From positions 4,062,735 to 4,094,734 of the forward strand of contig NZ_JACYXC010000001.1 of the NCBI RefSeq assembly GCF_016031615.1: DNA of 32,000 bases, written 5' to 3'. Shown here piece by piece: positions 1 through 6,926 of the stretch. Under the pieces are notes generated by a model that saw only the letters and a program-made list of their open reading frames with translations, was not told the origin of the DNA and searched no databases. The position numbers were made by a program, and so were the translations under genes. Source of the stretch: Streptomyces pactum (GTDB taxonomy: Bacteria; Actinomycetota; Actinomycetes; Streptomycetales; Streptomycetaceae). Each line of letters begins with the position of its first letter. The first letter of the stretch is position 1.

Positions 1-2
1 TC

Positions 3-572
3 ACCCGGCAGGCGGACTTCGCCGAGTTCCTGCTGGAACGGTACGGCAGCGGCGTGATGCTGTACTTCTTCCCGGTCCGCGGCGAGACCCGCACCACCCA
101 CGCGCCGGCGCTCGGCGATCACTTCGCCGAGCTGCTGGAACGCTACGACGAGCTGTCGGCCGTGCTGCCGCCGCGCGCCTTCGTGGCGCACATCGCGAAC
201 CAGCTGAGCACCGGGGTCCGTACGCTGCGCTGCTACGCGACGGCCACCATGGTGCAGCTTTTCGGCCAGGGCGACGTCTCCTGCTGCCCCTATGCCTGGC
301 TCAAGCCCATGGGGAATATCAAGAACGAGCCCGAGCTGATTCACGAGCAGTTCGGCAAGCACCAGCACTACGAAATGTTCATGCAGCCGCGGCCCCGCTT
401 CCCGTACTGCAAGAGCTGCACCGGGCCGATCGACGTGGTGAATCTCTACCTGTTCGGCGGCATCACCGAGGAAGAAATCGCGCGCTGTGCGCCGTACGCC
501 GGGCCCCGGGCGCTGGAGCGTCTGCGGGAGCTGAAGTCGGCATTCGACCCGATGTTCCAGGCGGCCGAATGA
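3..572 (+). CDS. ptmC: 3' part of a gene truncated by the window edge. The Cys-rich C-terminal tail suggests a radical-SAM enzyme with an auxiliary Fe-S (SPASM/twitch-like) domain.
   Basis: Frame 3 is open from the window edge to TGA 570-572; the ORF track lists only the part from the internal ATG at 54. GC3 is high. The tail reads ...GDVSCCPYAWLKPMG...PRFPYCKSCTGP. The gene sits directly upstream of the ptmD-like gene. The radical-SAM core lies outside the window, so both the family call and the symbol are indirect (position plus remembered cluster order). Confidence 0.5.
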   Translation, partial: TRQADFAEFLLERYGSGVMLYFFPVRGETRTTHAPALGDHFAELLERYDELSAVLPPRAFVAHIANQLSTGVRTLRCYATATMVQLFGQGDVSCCPYAWLKPMGNIKNEPELIHEQFGKHQHYEMFMQPRPRFPYCKSCTGPIDVVNLYLFGGITEEEIARCAPYAGPRALERLRELKSAFDPMFQAAE

Positions 573-637
573 TCTCTGCCCGGCCCGCGGCGGCGGCATG
601 TCAGAAGCAGTGCATCCGAGGCGTCGAGGAGACGTGA

Positions 638-1714
638 ATGATATCCGTGGACGGGATTTCGGCCGACGATTTCGCGGGTGCCGGACTGAGCAGGCTGCTC
701 AGGCTGCCGCAGCACGACCTGCTCACCCTCGCCGGTGACTGGCTCGGCGAACTGGCGCCCTGGCGGAACACCGAGACCCTGGCGGCGATCTCCACCACGC
801 TGTCCGCCGAGGCCCAGTTGGCCGCCCTGTTCATCTTCGGCGAGCCGGTCGCCGAGGCCGAGGCCCGCGACCGGCTCCCCGGCCCGCTGCTCGACCTGCT
901 GCTGCGCACCGGGGCGCTGGCCGCGGACTCCGGGAAGCTGTCGGCCCGGTACTGCCTGGTCCGAGGCGACGGGATGTCGCTGCTCGCCGCGTGGCGGGCG
1001 GCCGGCCGCGACGTGGGCGGCTACGCGCCGTGGGTCGGCACCGACTCCATGACGCTCTCCCGGCTGGTCGCCGCCCGCCGGGACGTGCGCACCGCGCTGG
1101 ACCTGGGGTGCGGCACCGGCATCCTGGGCCTGTCGGCGGCCCGCAACGGGGCCGACGTGGTGTCGGTGGACGTCAACCCCGAGTGCACCGCCGCCGCCAC
1201 GGTCAACGCCCACATCAACGGACTGGGCGAGCGGCTCACCGCGGTCGAGGGCGACATCATGTCCCTGGACCTGGACCGCCGGTTCGACCTGGTGATCTCC
1301 AACCCGCCCTGCCTGCCGCTGCGCCGCGGGTCGCTGGGCTGGCTGGCCGGCGAGGCGGGGCTGGACGGGCTGGAGTTCTTCTGGGAGCTGCTGCGCCGGG
1401 TGCCCGGGCTGCTGACCGGCGAGGGTGAGGCGCTGCTGCAGGCCGCCGCCTACGGTGACGAGCGCGGCCCGTTCTTCGTCGAGGAGCTGGAGGCGGAGCT
1501 GCGGCGGCTGAAGGTGTCCGGGCGGCTGCTGCTGCGCCCCTCCACGCCGCCGCGCTGGCCGGCCTTCGCGCCCCGCGACGAGGAGGGGCAGCTGACCGGT
1601 CCGCTCGGCGACGAGGTCCGCGAGTACGTCAACCGGATCGGTGCCACGCACTACTACGGGTTCGTGCTCTCCGTGCGGGCCGGTGAGGGCCTGGACGTCG
1701 GCCGGTTCAGCTGA
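638..1714 (+). CDS. ptmD: Class I SAM-dependent methyltransferase with an (N/D)PPx amino-methyltransferase motif; probably an N-methyltransferase
   Basis: ATG at 638 is preceded by GAGGAG (625-630). Motif I reads LDLGCGTGILGLSAA, followed by VDVNP, and motif IV reads LVISNPPCLP, as in HemK/PrmC-type N-methyltransferases. The symbol comes from remembered ptm gene order. Confidence 0.85.
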   Translation: MISVDGISADDFAGAGLSRLLRLPQHDLLTLAGDWLGELAPWRNTETLAAISTTLSAEAQLAALFIFGEPVAEAEARDRLPGPLLDLLLRTGALAADSGKLSARYCLVRGDGMSLLAAWRAAGRDVGGYAPWVGTDSMTLSRLVAARRDVRTALDLGCGTGILGLSAARNGADVVSVDVNPECTAAATVNAHINGLGERLTAVEGDIMSLDLDRRFDLVISNPPCLPLRRGSLGWLAGEAGLDGLEFFWELLRRVPGLLTGEGEALLQAAAYGDERGPFFVEELEAELRRLKVSGRLLLRPSTPPRWPAFAPRDEEGQLTGPLGDEVREYVNRIGATHYYGFVLSVRAGEGLDVGRFS

Positions 1715-2243
1715 TCACCCGGGGGTCCGGCAGCCAGCCGGGCCCCAGATCGGCGAACTCGGCGGCGGCGACCGCGTCGGTCGCCGCCGCCAGCGTCAGC
1801 TCGGTGGTGTCGATGAGCCGGATGCCGGGCACGCCGGGCACCTCCTCGTCGAGGTGGCGCTCGGCGAGCCGGCCCTCGACGAAGTGCTCGCCGCCCGGAT
1901 CGCCGCTGATCCGGGCGGCGAGCGCCTCCGGGGCGGCGCGCAGGCCGTAGTAGACCGGGTCGGCGCCCAGGTCGGCGAAGACCCGGTGGAGGGGCTCGTA
2001 GGCGCGGCCGGCCAGGACCACTCCGCTGAGCACCACCACCCGGGCGCCCCAGTCCCGGTAGACCGGGAGGGACGCCCGGACCGTCGCGGCCATCAGGGCG
2101 TACAGGCTCTCGTTGCCGTCCCACGGGTAGACGACCGGGTCGCAGTCCACCGCGGCGGCCGGCACGCCGTACCGGGCCACCAGCTGGTGCCCCAGGCGGG
2201 TCTTGCCCACGCCCGGGGCACCGGTGATCACCACCACGCGCAT
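1707..2243 (-). CDS. ptmE: Small (178 aa) P-loop NTPase/kinase-like protein, translationally coupled to the upstream winged-helix regulator
   Basis: The true start is the internal ATG at 2243 of the spurious 479-aa ORF 1707..3146 (MRVVVITGAPGVGKTRLG..., Walker A GAPGVGKT). This ATG overlaps the stop of the upstream gene (ATGA at 2241-2245, read on the minus strand). The symbol is inferred because exactly two genes lie between the ptmD-like and ptmG-like genes. Confidence 0.75.
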   Translation of the reverse strand: MRVVVITGAPGVGKTRLGHQLVARYGVPAAAVDCDPVVYPWDGNESLYALMAATVRASLPVYRDWGARVVVLSGVVLAGRAYEPLHRVFADLGADPVYYGLRAAPEALAARISGDPGGEHFVEGRLAERHLDEEVPGVPGIRLIDTTELTLAAATDAVAAAEFADLGPGWLPDPRVIS

Positions 2244-2893
2244 CAGCGGGCGTCCTGTCGCACCGTGCCGACCAGCCGGAAGCCCAGGTGCGGGATCTTC
2301 AGCAGCTTCGCGCCGGAGTCGATGTCCAGCAGCTTCTGCTTGAGCACCGACGTGACCCGGCTGACGTCCTCGCCGCCGGTCGCCTCGGTGAGGTCCTCGC
2401 GGGAGACGATCTGGCCCGGGCGGGCGGCCAGCATCCGCAGCAAGCCCGCCTCGGCGTCGGTGACCGGCGTGGACTTCGACGGCGAGTGCAGCGATCCGGC
2501 CCCGTCCAGGGTGAGCACCTGGGTGTTCTCCGGCGGGGTGATGTGCTTGAGGTAGGTGAGGGTCTCCACCAGCCTCGGCCGGCGCAGCGGGCTGGCCAGG
2601 GTGAAGCTGTAGCCGTTCGTGACCGCCGCGAGCACGGCGCCGGCGGCTATGCCGTCCAGCACCGCGACGGCGTAGCCGCCGATCTCCTTCAGCTCCTGGG
2701 CCGTCGGACCGCCGGCCGGGTCGGCCCCGACCCGGTGGAAGGAGACCAGCAGGGCGTCGGACGGGTCCGGGGGAGCGGACCCGGGCTCCGAGTGGTGCAG
2801 GGTCAGCCCCACTTCGGCGCAGGCGTCGGCCAGGATTGCGAGGTCCTCGGGGGTCAGGGACTGGGCCAGTACGTACACGGGGAACCCCTTCAC
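2243..2893 (-). CDS. ptmF: Transcriptional regulator with an OmpR/PhoB-type winged-helix C-terminal domain and a degenerate receiver-like N-terminal domain
   Basis: The C-terminus reads ...VTDAEAGLLRMLAARPGQIVSREDL...VSRVTSVLKQKLLDIDSGAKLLKIPHLGFRLVG, the trans_reg_C pattern. The N-terminal ~115 aa resemble a receiver domain by eye but lack the acidic DD pocket and the conserved D/T/K signature. The start is either GTG 2893 (no clear SD) or GTG 2878 (AAGGGG 6-7 nt upstream), so it is uncertain by 15 nt. Confidence 0.75.
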   Translation of the reverse strand: MKGFPVYVLAQSLTPEDLAILADACAEVGLTLHHSEPGSAPPDPSDALLVSFHRVGADPAGGPTAQELKEIGGYAVAVLDGIAAGAVLAAVTNGYSFTLASPLRRPRLVETLTYLKHITPPENTQVLTLDGAGSLHSPSKSTPVTDAEAGLLRMLAARPGQIVSREDLTEATGGEDVSRVTSVLKQKLLDIDSGAKLLKIPHLGFRLVGTVRQDAR

Positions 2894-3069
2894 ACAGGCG
2901 GCGGGGCCGCGGGTGGGTGTCGTCGGTCGGGCGGGTCGGCCGGCCGCCCCGGTGGGGCCGCCCGCCGGGCCGGGGGTCGGCCGGCCGGTTCCTGGTCGGC
3001 CGACCGGTGCGACGGGCCGGCCGGTGGTTCGGCGGGGGTCGGGGTGGTCCGGCGGGTTCGGCGGGGCGG

Positions 3070-4206
3070 TCAGCCGCGGAGCCGCCAGAGGCGTTCGGCG
3101 GCCGGCGAGCCGGACTGCGAGGACTGCGACGCCAGGTGCATGTCATGCCGGCCGATGCGGTGGATGATGCCCCGGCGGACCTGGATGCGGTAGGCCTTCA
3201 GCGCCTCGCGCTTGGCGAGCGCCGCGGTGCCGTCCACCGGCCGCAGTTCCGGGTCGAGCGGGCCGAGTCCGGCCAGCTCCAGCCAGGGTCCGAGCCGGCG
3301 CGCGGTCTCCTCGGCGGAGGAGAACAGCGAGTACGGCTGGTCCTCGTAGAAGCGCAGCCGGCCCGGGTCGATCCGGCCGGTCCGGGCCAGCGCCACCACC
3401 GCGTCCCGGCAGGCCAGGTGGTCCACGTGGCCGCCCACGCCCAGCGGGGCGTAGACCGGGGCGGTGCCCGCCAGCAGCGGGGCGAGCCGTTCGGTGACCG
3501 CCTCGAACAGCTCCGGCTCCTCCCGGGCGAACCCGTCCGACCAGGGCTTGTCGGCGAAGAAGCGGTCCCGTCTCAGCTCCCGGTCGGCGGCGTCGGTGAA
3601 GCCCAGCAGCTCCACCTCGGCGCCCAGCACCCGGGCGGCGACGGTCTCCTCGGCCAGCAGCAGGCGCCGGGTCTGCGCCGGCCGCTCGGCGTAGTAGGGG
3701 TCCTTGGTCCAGGTCTCCTCGCTGAACACGTCGAGGAACCGGCCGCCTTCGCGGGCCACCGTGCCGCCCACGGCCAGCGCCGCGTCGTCCGGGTGCGGGG
3801 AGACGATCACGGGCGTGCCGGGGATCGCGGGTCCGCCGGACGGATCCGGGGTCCCGGGGGCCGCGGTGGCACCCGGTCCCCCGGACGCCTCCGGGGTCTC
3901 CGGCGTTCCCGCCGGCCGGGGCGGCTCCGGGGCCTCCGGCGCGGCCGCCGTCCCGGGCGCCGCGCGGGCGGGCGCGGGCGCCATCACCACCACCCCGTCC
4001 CGCAGCCAGCCGTCGAGGACCGCGCGGTCCGCCGCGGGGAAGGCCGTGAGCGGGCGGGCGCCGTCGCAGCGGGCCAGCAGCCCGGCGTCCTCGCCGGCCG
4101 TCCGCCCGGAGCCGGTGATCCGGCGCCCCATGAAGAGGATCTCCCCGTCGGCCGTTTCCACGTGCGGCAGCGCGATCGGGCACCAGGTGTCAGGAATTTC
4201 CGTCAT
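3070..4206 (-). CDS. ptmG: PIG-L/LmbE-family (GlcNAc-type) deacetylase with a ~130-aa N-terminal extension
   Basis: ATG at 4206 follows GGAG 5 nt upstream. The family motifs VIVSPHPDDAAL and GVGGHVDHLA are present. N-terminal residues 1-75 form a separate small domain, followed by a Pro/Ala/Gly-rich linker (residues ~76-131). Confidence 0.85.
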   Translation of the reverse strand: MTEIPDTWCPIALPHVETADGEILFMGRRITGSGRTAGEDAGLLARCDGARPLTAFPAADRAVLDGWLRDGVVVMAPAPARAAPGTAAAPEAPEPPRPAGTPETPEASGGPGATAAPGTPDPSGGPAIPGTPVIVSPHPDDAALAVGGTVAREGGRFLDVFSEETWTKDPYYAERPAQTRRLLLAEETVAARVLGAEVELLGFTDAADRELRRDRFFADKPWSDGFAREEPELFEAVTERLAPLLAGTAPVYAPLGVGGHVDHLACRDAVVALARTGRIDPGRLRFYEDQPYSLFSSAEETARRLGPWLELAGLGPLDPELRPVDGTAALAKREALKAYRIQVRRGIIHRIGRHDMHLASQSSQSGSPAAERLWRLRG

Positions 4207-4286
4207 GTAACTCCGAGCCCGAGCGATGAGGAATAACAGACGTAATACGGCCGCACTGTACCGATTGCCGGAGCGTTGCCACAGGG

Positions 4287-4308
4287 GCCGATCCAGAGCC
4301 GATCCAGA
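4287..4308. promoter_or_regulatory. Perfect 11-bp tandem direct repeat (GCCGATCCAGA x2); candidate operator for a winged-helix regulator
   Basis: GCCGATCCAGA occurs at 4287-4297 and again at 4298-4308, 81-102 nt upstream of the ptmG start in the divergent ptmG/ptmH spacer. An 11-bp period is one helical turn, the spacing typical of OmpR/SARP-type sites. The repeat itself is certain; its function is inferred. Confidence 0.3.
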
Positions 4309-4568
4309 AAGGCAGAAACCGTGGGACGGGTGGCCGAAAACCTGTCGGTGCGCCCTGCACGGGAGTCGGTCGACTGATCATTCGGACCGAGGGGTTCCGG
4401 CCAAACATGGTGGCCGGTCGGGGCTTGCCCAGATCGTTTCCGGAGGCCACCGCCACCCGTCCCGACGCCCGCTGCGCCCCGTGGAACACGCACTTCAGAA
4501 GCGGTCCGGCGGAACCTGCGCAAGATCGTTTCACCGGCCGTCCGGCCACCCCCCGCGGCCGGTAATGC

Positions 4569-4608
4569 GCATGGCCGAACATATGCGGAAGAAGTAAACC
4601 GGCCATGC
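4569..4608. promoter_or_regulatory. 9-bp inverted repeat (GCATGGCCG ... CGGCCATGC) flanking an AT-rich 22-nt centre
   Basis: The arms at 4569-4577 and 4600-4608 are perfect reverse complements. The loop is AACATATGCGGAAGAAGTAAAC. The element lies ~100 nt upstream of the ptmH start. It could be a protein-binding palindrome or a 5'-UTR hairpin. Confidence 0.25.
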
Positions 4609-4633
4609 CTTCACGGCTGTTTCGGTGGCCCCA

Positions 4634-4661
4634 TTGCGTGGGAGATCTTCTCCTGTAGCCT
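4634..4661 (+). promoter_or_regulatory. Possible sigma-70 (HrdB)-type promoter for ptmH
   Basis: TTGCGT (4634-4639), a 16-nt spacer and TAGCCT (4656-4661) lie ~48 nt upstream of ATG 4709. This is pattern match only. Confidence 0.2.
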
Positions 4662-4708
4662 CAGAAGGCGACCTGGCCTGTCGGCTCGAATCAGGGGGCG
4701 AAGCAGGA

Positions 4709-6610
4709 ATGAAGACCCGCGTACTACTAGTACAGCAAGGCGTCTGGGGAAATTCCGTAGCTTCGATGCCGCTGGCGATCGGATACCTCAAAGCCTATGC
4801 CGACGCCGATGAACGCATCCGGCGACGCATGGACATCTCGATCCGCAACTACCCCGGCGACGCCGGCCTCAACGCCATGGGCCGGGACCTCATCCGGGAC
4901 GGGGTGCCCGACGTCCTGTGCTTCTCCGTGCTGGGCTGGAACTTCCGCGCCTTCGGCACCCTCGCCGAGACGTTCAAGCAGGTCAACCCGGACGGCTGGG
5001 TCATCTTCGGCGGCAACCACGTGGCCCACCAGGCGGAGCGCGTCTTCCGGATGTTCCCGCAGGTGGACGTGGTGGTGAACGGCGAGGGCGAGCTGGTCTT
5101 CCGGGACCTGATGAACGGCTACCTGGACGGCGCCCGCCCCACCGCGCTGCACGAGATCAGCGGCGTGTCCTTCCGCGAGGCGGACGGCAACCTGGTCACC
5201 ACGCCCGAACGCGAGCGCATTCAGGACCTGGAGATCCTGCCGTCGCCCATTCTCACCGGCGCGATCCCGCTCGCCGACAGCCAGGGGCGTTTCCTCTACG
5301 ACTACGCCATCATGGAGACCAACCGCGGCTGCCCCTACAAGTGCGCCTTCTGTTATTGGGGCGGCGCCACCGGGCAGAAGATGCGCGCCTTCTCCAGGGA
5401 ACGGCTCCGCGAGGAACTCGACGTTCTCGGCCGGCACGGTGCGGAAATCCTCATGCTCGCCGACTCCAACTTCGGACTCCTGCGCCAGGACGAGGAATTC
5501 CTCGAAGACCTCCTCCGGGTGCGTGCCAAGTACGGCTACCCGAACCGGCTCGAAACCTCCTGGGCCAAGAACAAATCGGCCGGCTTCTACCGCATCATGG
5601 AGAAGATGAAGGAGTCCGGGATGCACAGCGCCTTCATTCTGGCGCTGCAGACCATGGACGAATCCGTACTGGACCTGATGCGCCGGCGGAACATGAAGCT
5701 GAACGACTGGGAGAGCCTGGTCGGCTGGCTGACCGATCACGGGATCACCCCTTATCTGGAACTCATCTGGGGCGCCCCCGGGGAGACCGTGGAGTCCTTC
5801 CTGGACGGTTATGACCGGGCCGCGCGGCACACCCCGTTCATCGCCGTCCACCCGCTGATGCTGCTGCCCAACACCGAGTACCACGACAAGCGGCAGGTGC
5901 ACGGCCTGGTGACCGTGCGCGGCGAACAGGACGACTTCGACTACGTCCTCGCGCACCGGACCATGACGCTCGACGACAACGAGCGCATGCTCCGGTTCAT
6001 CTGCTGGAACCGGGTGCTCGCCCGGAGCCTGTGGCTGCACAACATCTGGGTCGCGCTGCGCGAGCTCGCCGACGTGCCGCAGTCCCGGGTCATCCTCAGC
6101 TTCTCCGACTGGGTGGAGAGCAGCGACGATCCCGACGCCAGGGAGCTGCACGCGCTCGCCCGGCCCACCAGCTCCGCCAGCGAGCAGGTCGACCCGCACG
6201 TCTGGCGGCTGCTCACCAAACGGCTGCTGCGCAAGTGGTGGGACGAGGCGATGCGCCCGGACCTGCCCGAGGCGCTGCTGCCGCTGCTGGACGAGGTGTT
6301 CCGCTACGACCTGATGTGCCAGCCGGTGCGGATGCTGCCCGACGGCTCCGGTCCCGAGGAGGACCTGCCGGTCGTCGAGAAGTACGGCAGCGAGTGGTAC
6401 ATGCGGGACAAGGTCACCTTCACCCACCCCGTCCCCGAGCTGATCGCCGCCCTGCGGCGCGGGGAGACGGTGAGCACCGAACCGCGGTGCCACGCGGTCA
6501 CCTTCTACTACCGCACGCAGTTCGGCGGCGACCTCCAGCACTACTTCCGGATGGACCGCTTCCGGGGGCTGACCGCCGAGCAGCTCGACCACCAGTTCAC
6601 GCGCGTTTGA
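4709..6610 (+). CDS. ptmH: Cobalamin (B12)-binding-domain radical-SAM enzyme (class B); probably a C-methyltransferase
   Basis: ATG 4709 (MKTRVLLVQQG...) follows AGGA/GGGGG and is preferred over the GTG at 4625. The N-terminal region is B12-binding-like (VLCFSVLGWNF...VIFGGNHVAHQAE). The CxxxCxxC cluster motif RGCPYKCAFCY lies at 5330-5353. Confidence 0.85.
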   Translation: MKTRVLLVQQGVWGNSVASMPLAIGYLKAYADADERIRRRMDISIRNYPGDAGLNAMGRDLIRDGVPDVLCFSVLGWNFRAFGTLAETFKQVNPDGWVIFGGNHVAHQAERVFRMFPQVDVVVNGEGELVFRDLMNGYLDGARPTALHEISGVSFREADGNLVTTPERERIQDLEILPSPILTGAIPLADSQGRFLYDYAIMETNRGCPYKCAFCYWGGATGQKMRAFSRERLREELDVLGRHGAEILMLADSNFGLLRQDEEFLEDLLRVRAKYGYPNRLETSWAKNKSAGFYRIMEKMKESGMHSAFILALQTMDESVLDLMRRRNMKLNDWESLVGWLTDHGITPYLELIWGAPGETVESFLDGYDRAARHTPFIAVHPLMLLPNTEYHDKRQVHGLVTVRGEQDDFDYVLAHRTMTLDDNERMLRFICWNRVLARSLWLHNIWVALRELADVPQSRVILSFSDWVESSDDPDARELHALARPTSSASEQVDPHVWRLLTKRLLRKWWDEAMRPDLPEALLPLLDEVFRYDLMCQPVRMLPDGSGPEEDLPVVEKYGSEWYMRDKVTFTHPVPELIAALRRGETVSTEPRCHAVTFYYRTQFGGDLQHYFRMDRFRGLTAEQLDHQFTRV

Positions 6611-6641
6611 CGACATCCTTCACACCGGGAGAGACGACACG

Positions 6642-6926
6642 ATGGACCGCGCCGGGCTCATACGAGAACTGCACGAGATCGCAGCCGGGATGACCAAGTC
6701 GGACCAGCACCGGCAGGTGCCCGCGGAAGGGGCGGGCGACGCCAGCCTGGTGGACCAGTACGGGTTCAGCTCCCTGGACGCGCTGGAGTACCTGCTGATC
6801 CTGGAGGAGAAGTTCGACGTCGTCTTCGAGGACGAGGACCTCACCGAGGAGACGCTGTTCTCCATCGAGGGCCTCGCCACGTACATCCTCGATCAGAAGG
6901 TCGGCGAAACCACCTCCTCTTCGTGA
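6642..6926 (+). CDS. ptmI: Discrete acyl carrier protein
   Basis: The protein is 94 aa and acidic. Its phosphopantetheine-site motif is VDQYGFSSLDALEYLLILEEKFD (GxxS-L-D). An SD-like GGGAGAG lies upstream of ATG 6642. Confidence 0.85.
   Translation: MDRAGLIRELHEIAAGMTKSDQHRQVPAEGAGDASLVDQYGFSSLDALEYLLILEEKFDVVFEDEDLTEETLFSIEGLATYILDQKVGETTSSS

Noticed and set aside
2994-3005. Perfect 12-bp palindrome GGTCGGCCGACC in the spacer between the deacetylase stop and the regulator start
   Set aside because: Short GC palindromes built from GGCC/CCGG units are frequent by chance at this composition, and there are no flanking repeats or second copy. It is not strong enough to call an operator or terminator.
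4226-4597. Small ORFs (123, 138 and 106 aa) inside the ptmG/ptmH divergent spacer
   Set aside because: They have no SD, atypical composition and no periodic GC3 signal by eye, and they overlap each other on both strands. The region is better explained as promoter or leader DNA.
4590-4680. Possible cobalamin riboswitch upstream of the B12-dependent rSAM gene (AGCCTCAGAAGGCGACCTGGCC loosely resembles a B12 box; GGAAGAAGTAAACCGGCC loosely resembles the GGGAA...GTGAAAATCC region)
   Set aside because: Matching the B12-box consensus requires several indels. The other conserved cores (GCCACTG, CCCGCAAC) are absent. Cobalamin riboswitches normally control B12 supply or B12-independent isozymes, not B12-dependent enzymes. 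cmscan with Rfam RF00174 would settle it, and I expect no hit.
4625-4708. Upstream GTG start giving a 661-aa version of the first B12-rSAM protein
   Set aside because: The extra 28 residues (MAPLRGRSSPVASEGDLACRLESGGEAG) look non-native. The ATG at 4709 has an SD-like AGGA/GGGGG upstream and begins with the typical MKTRVLLV Rossmann-type strand.
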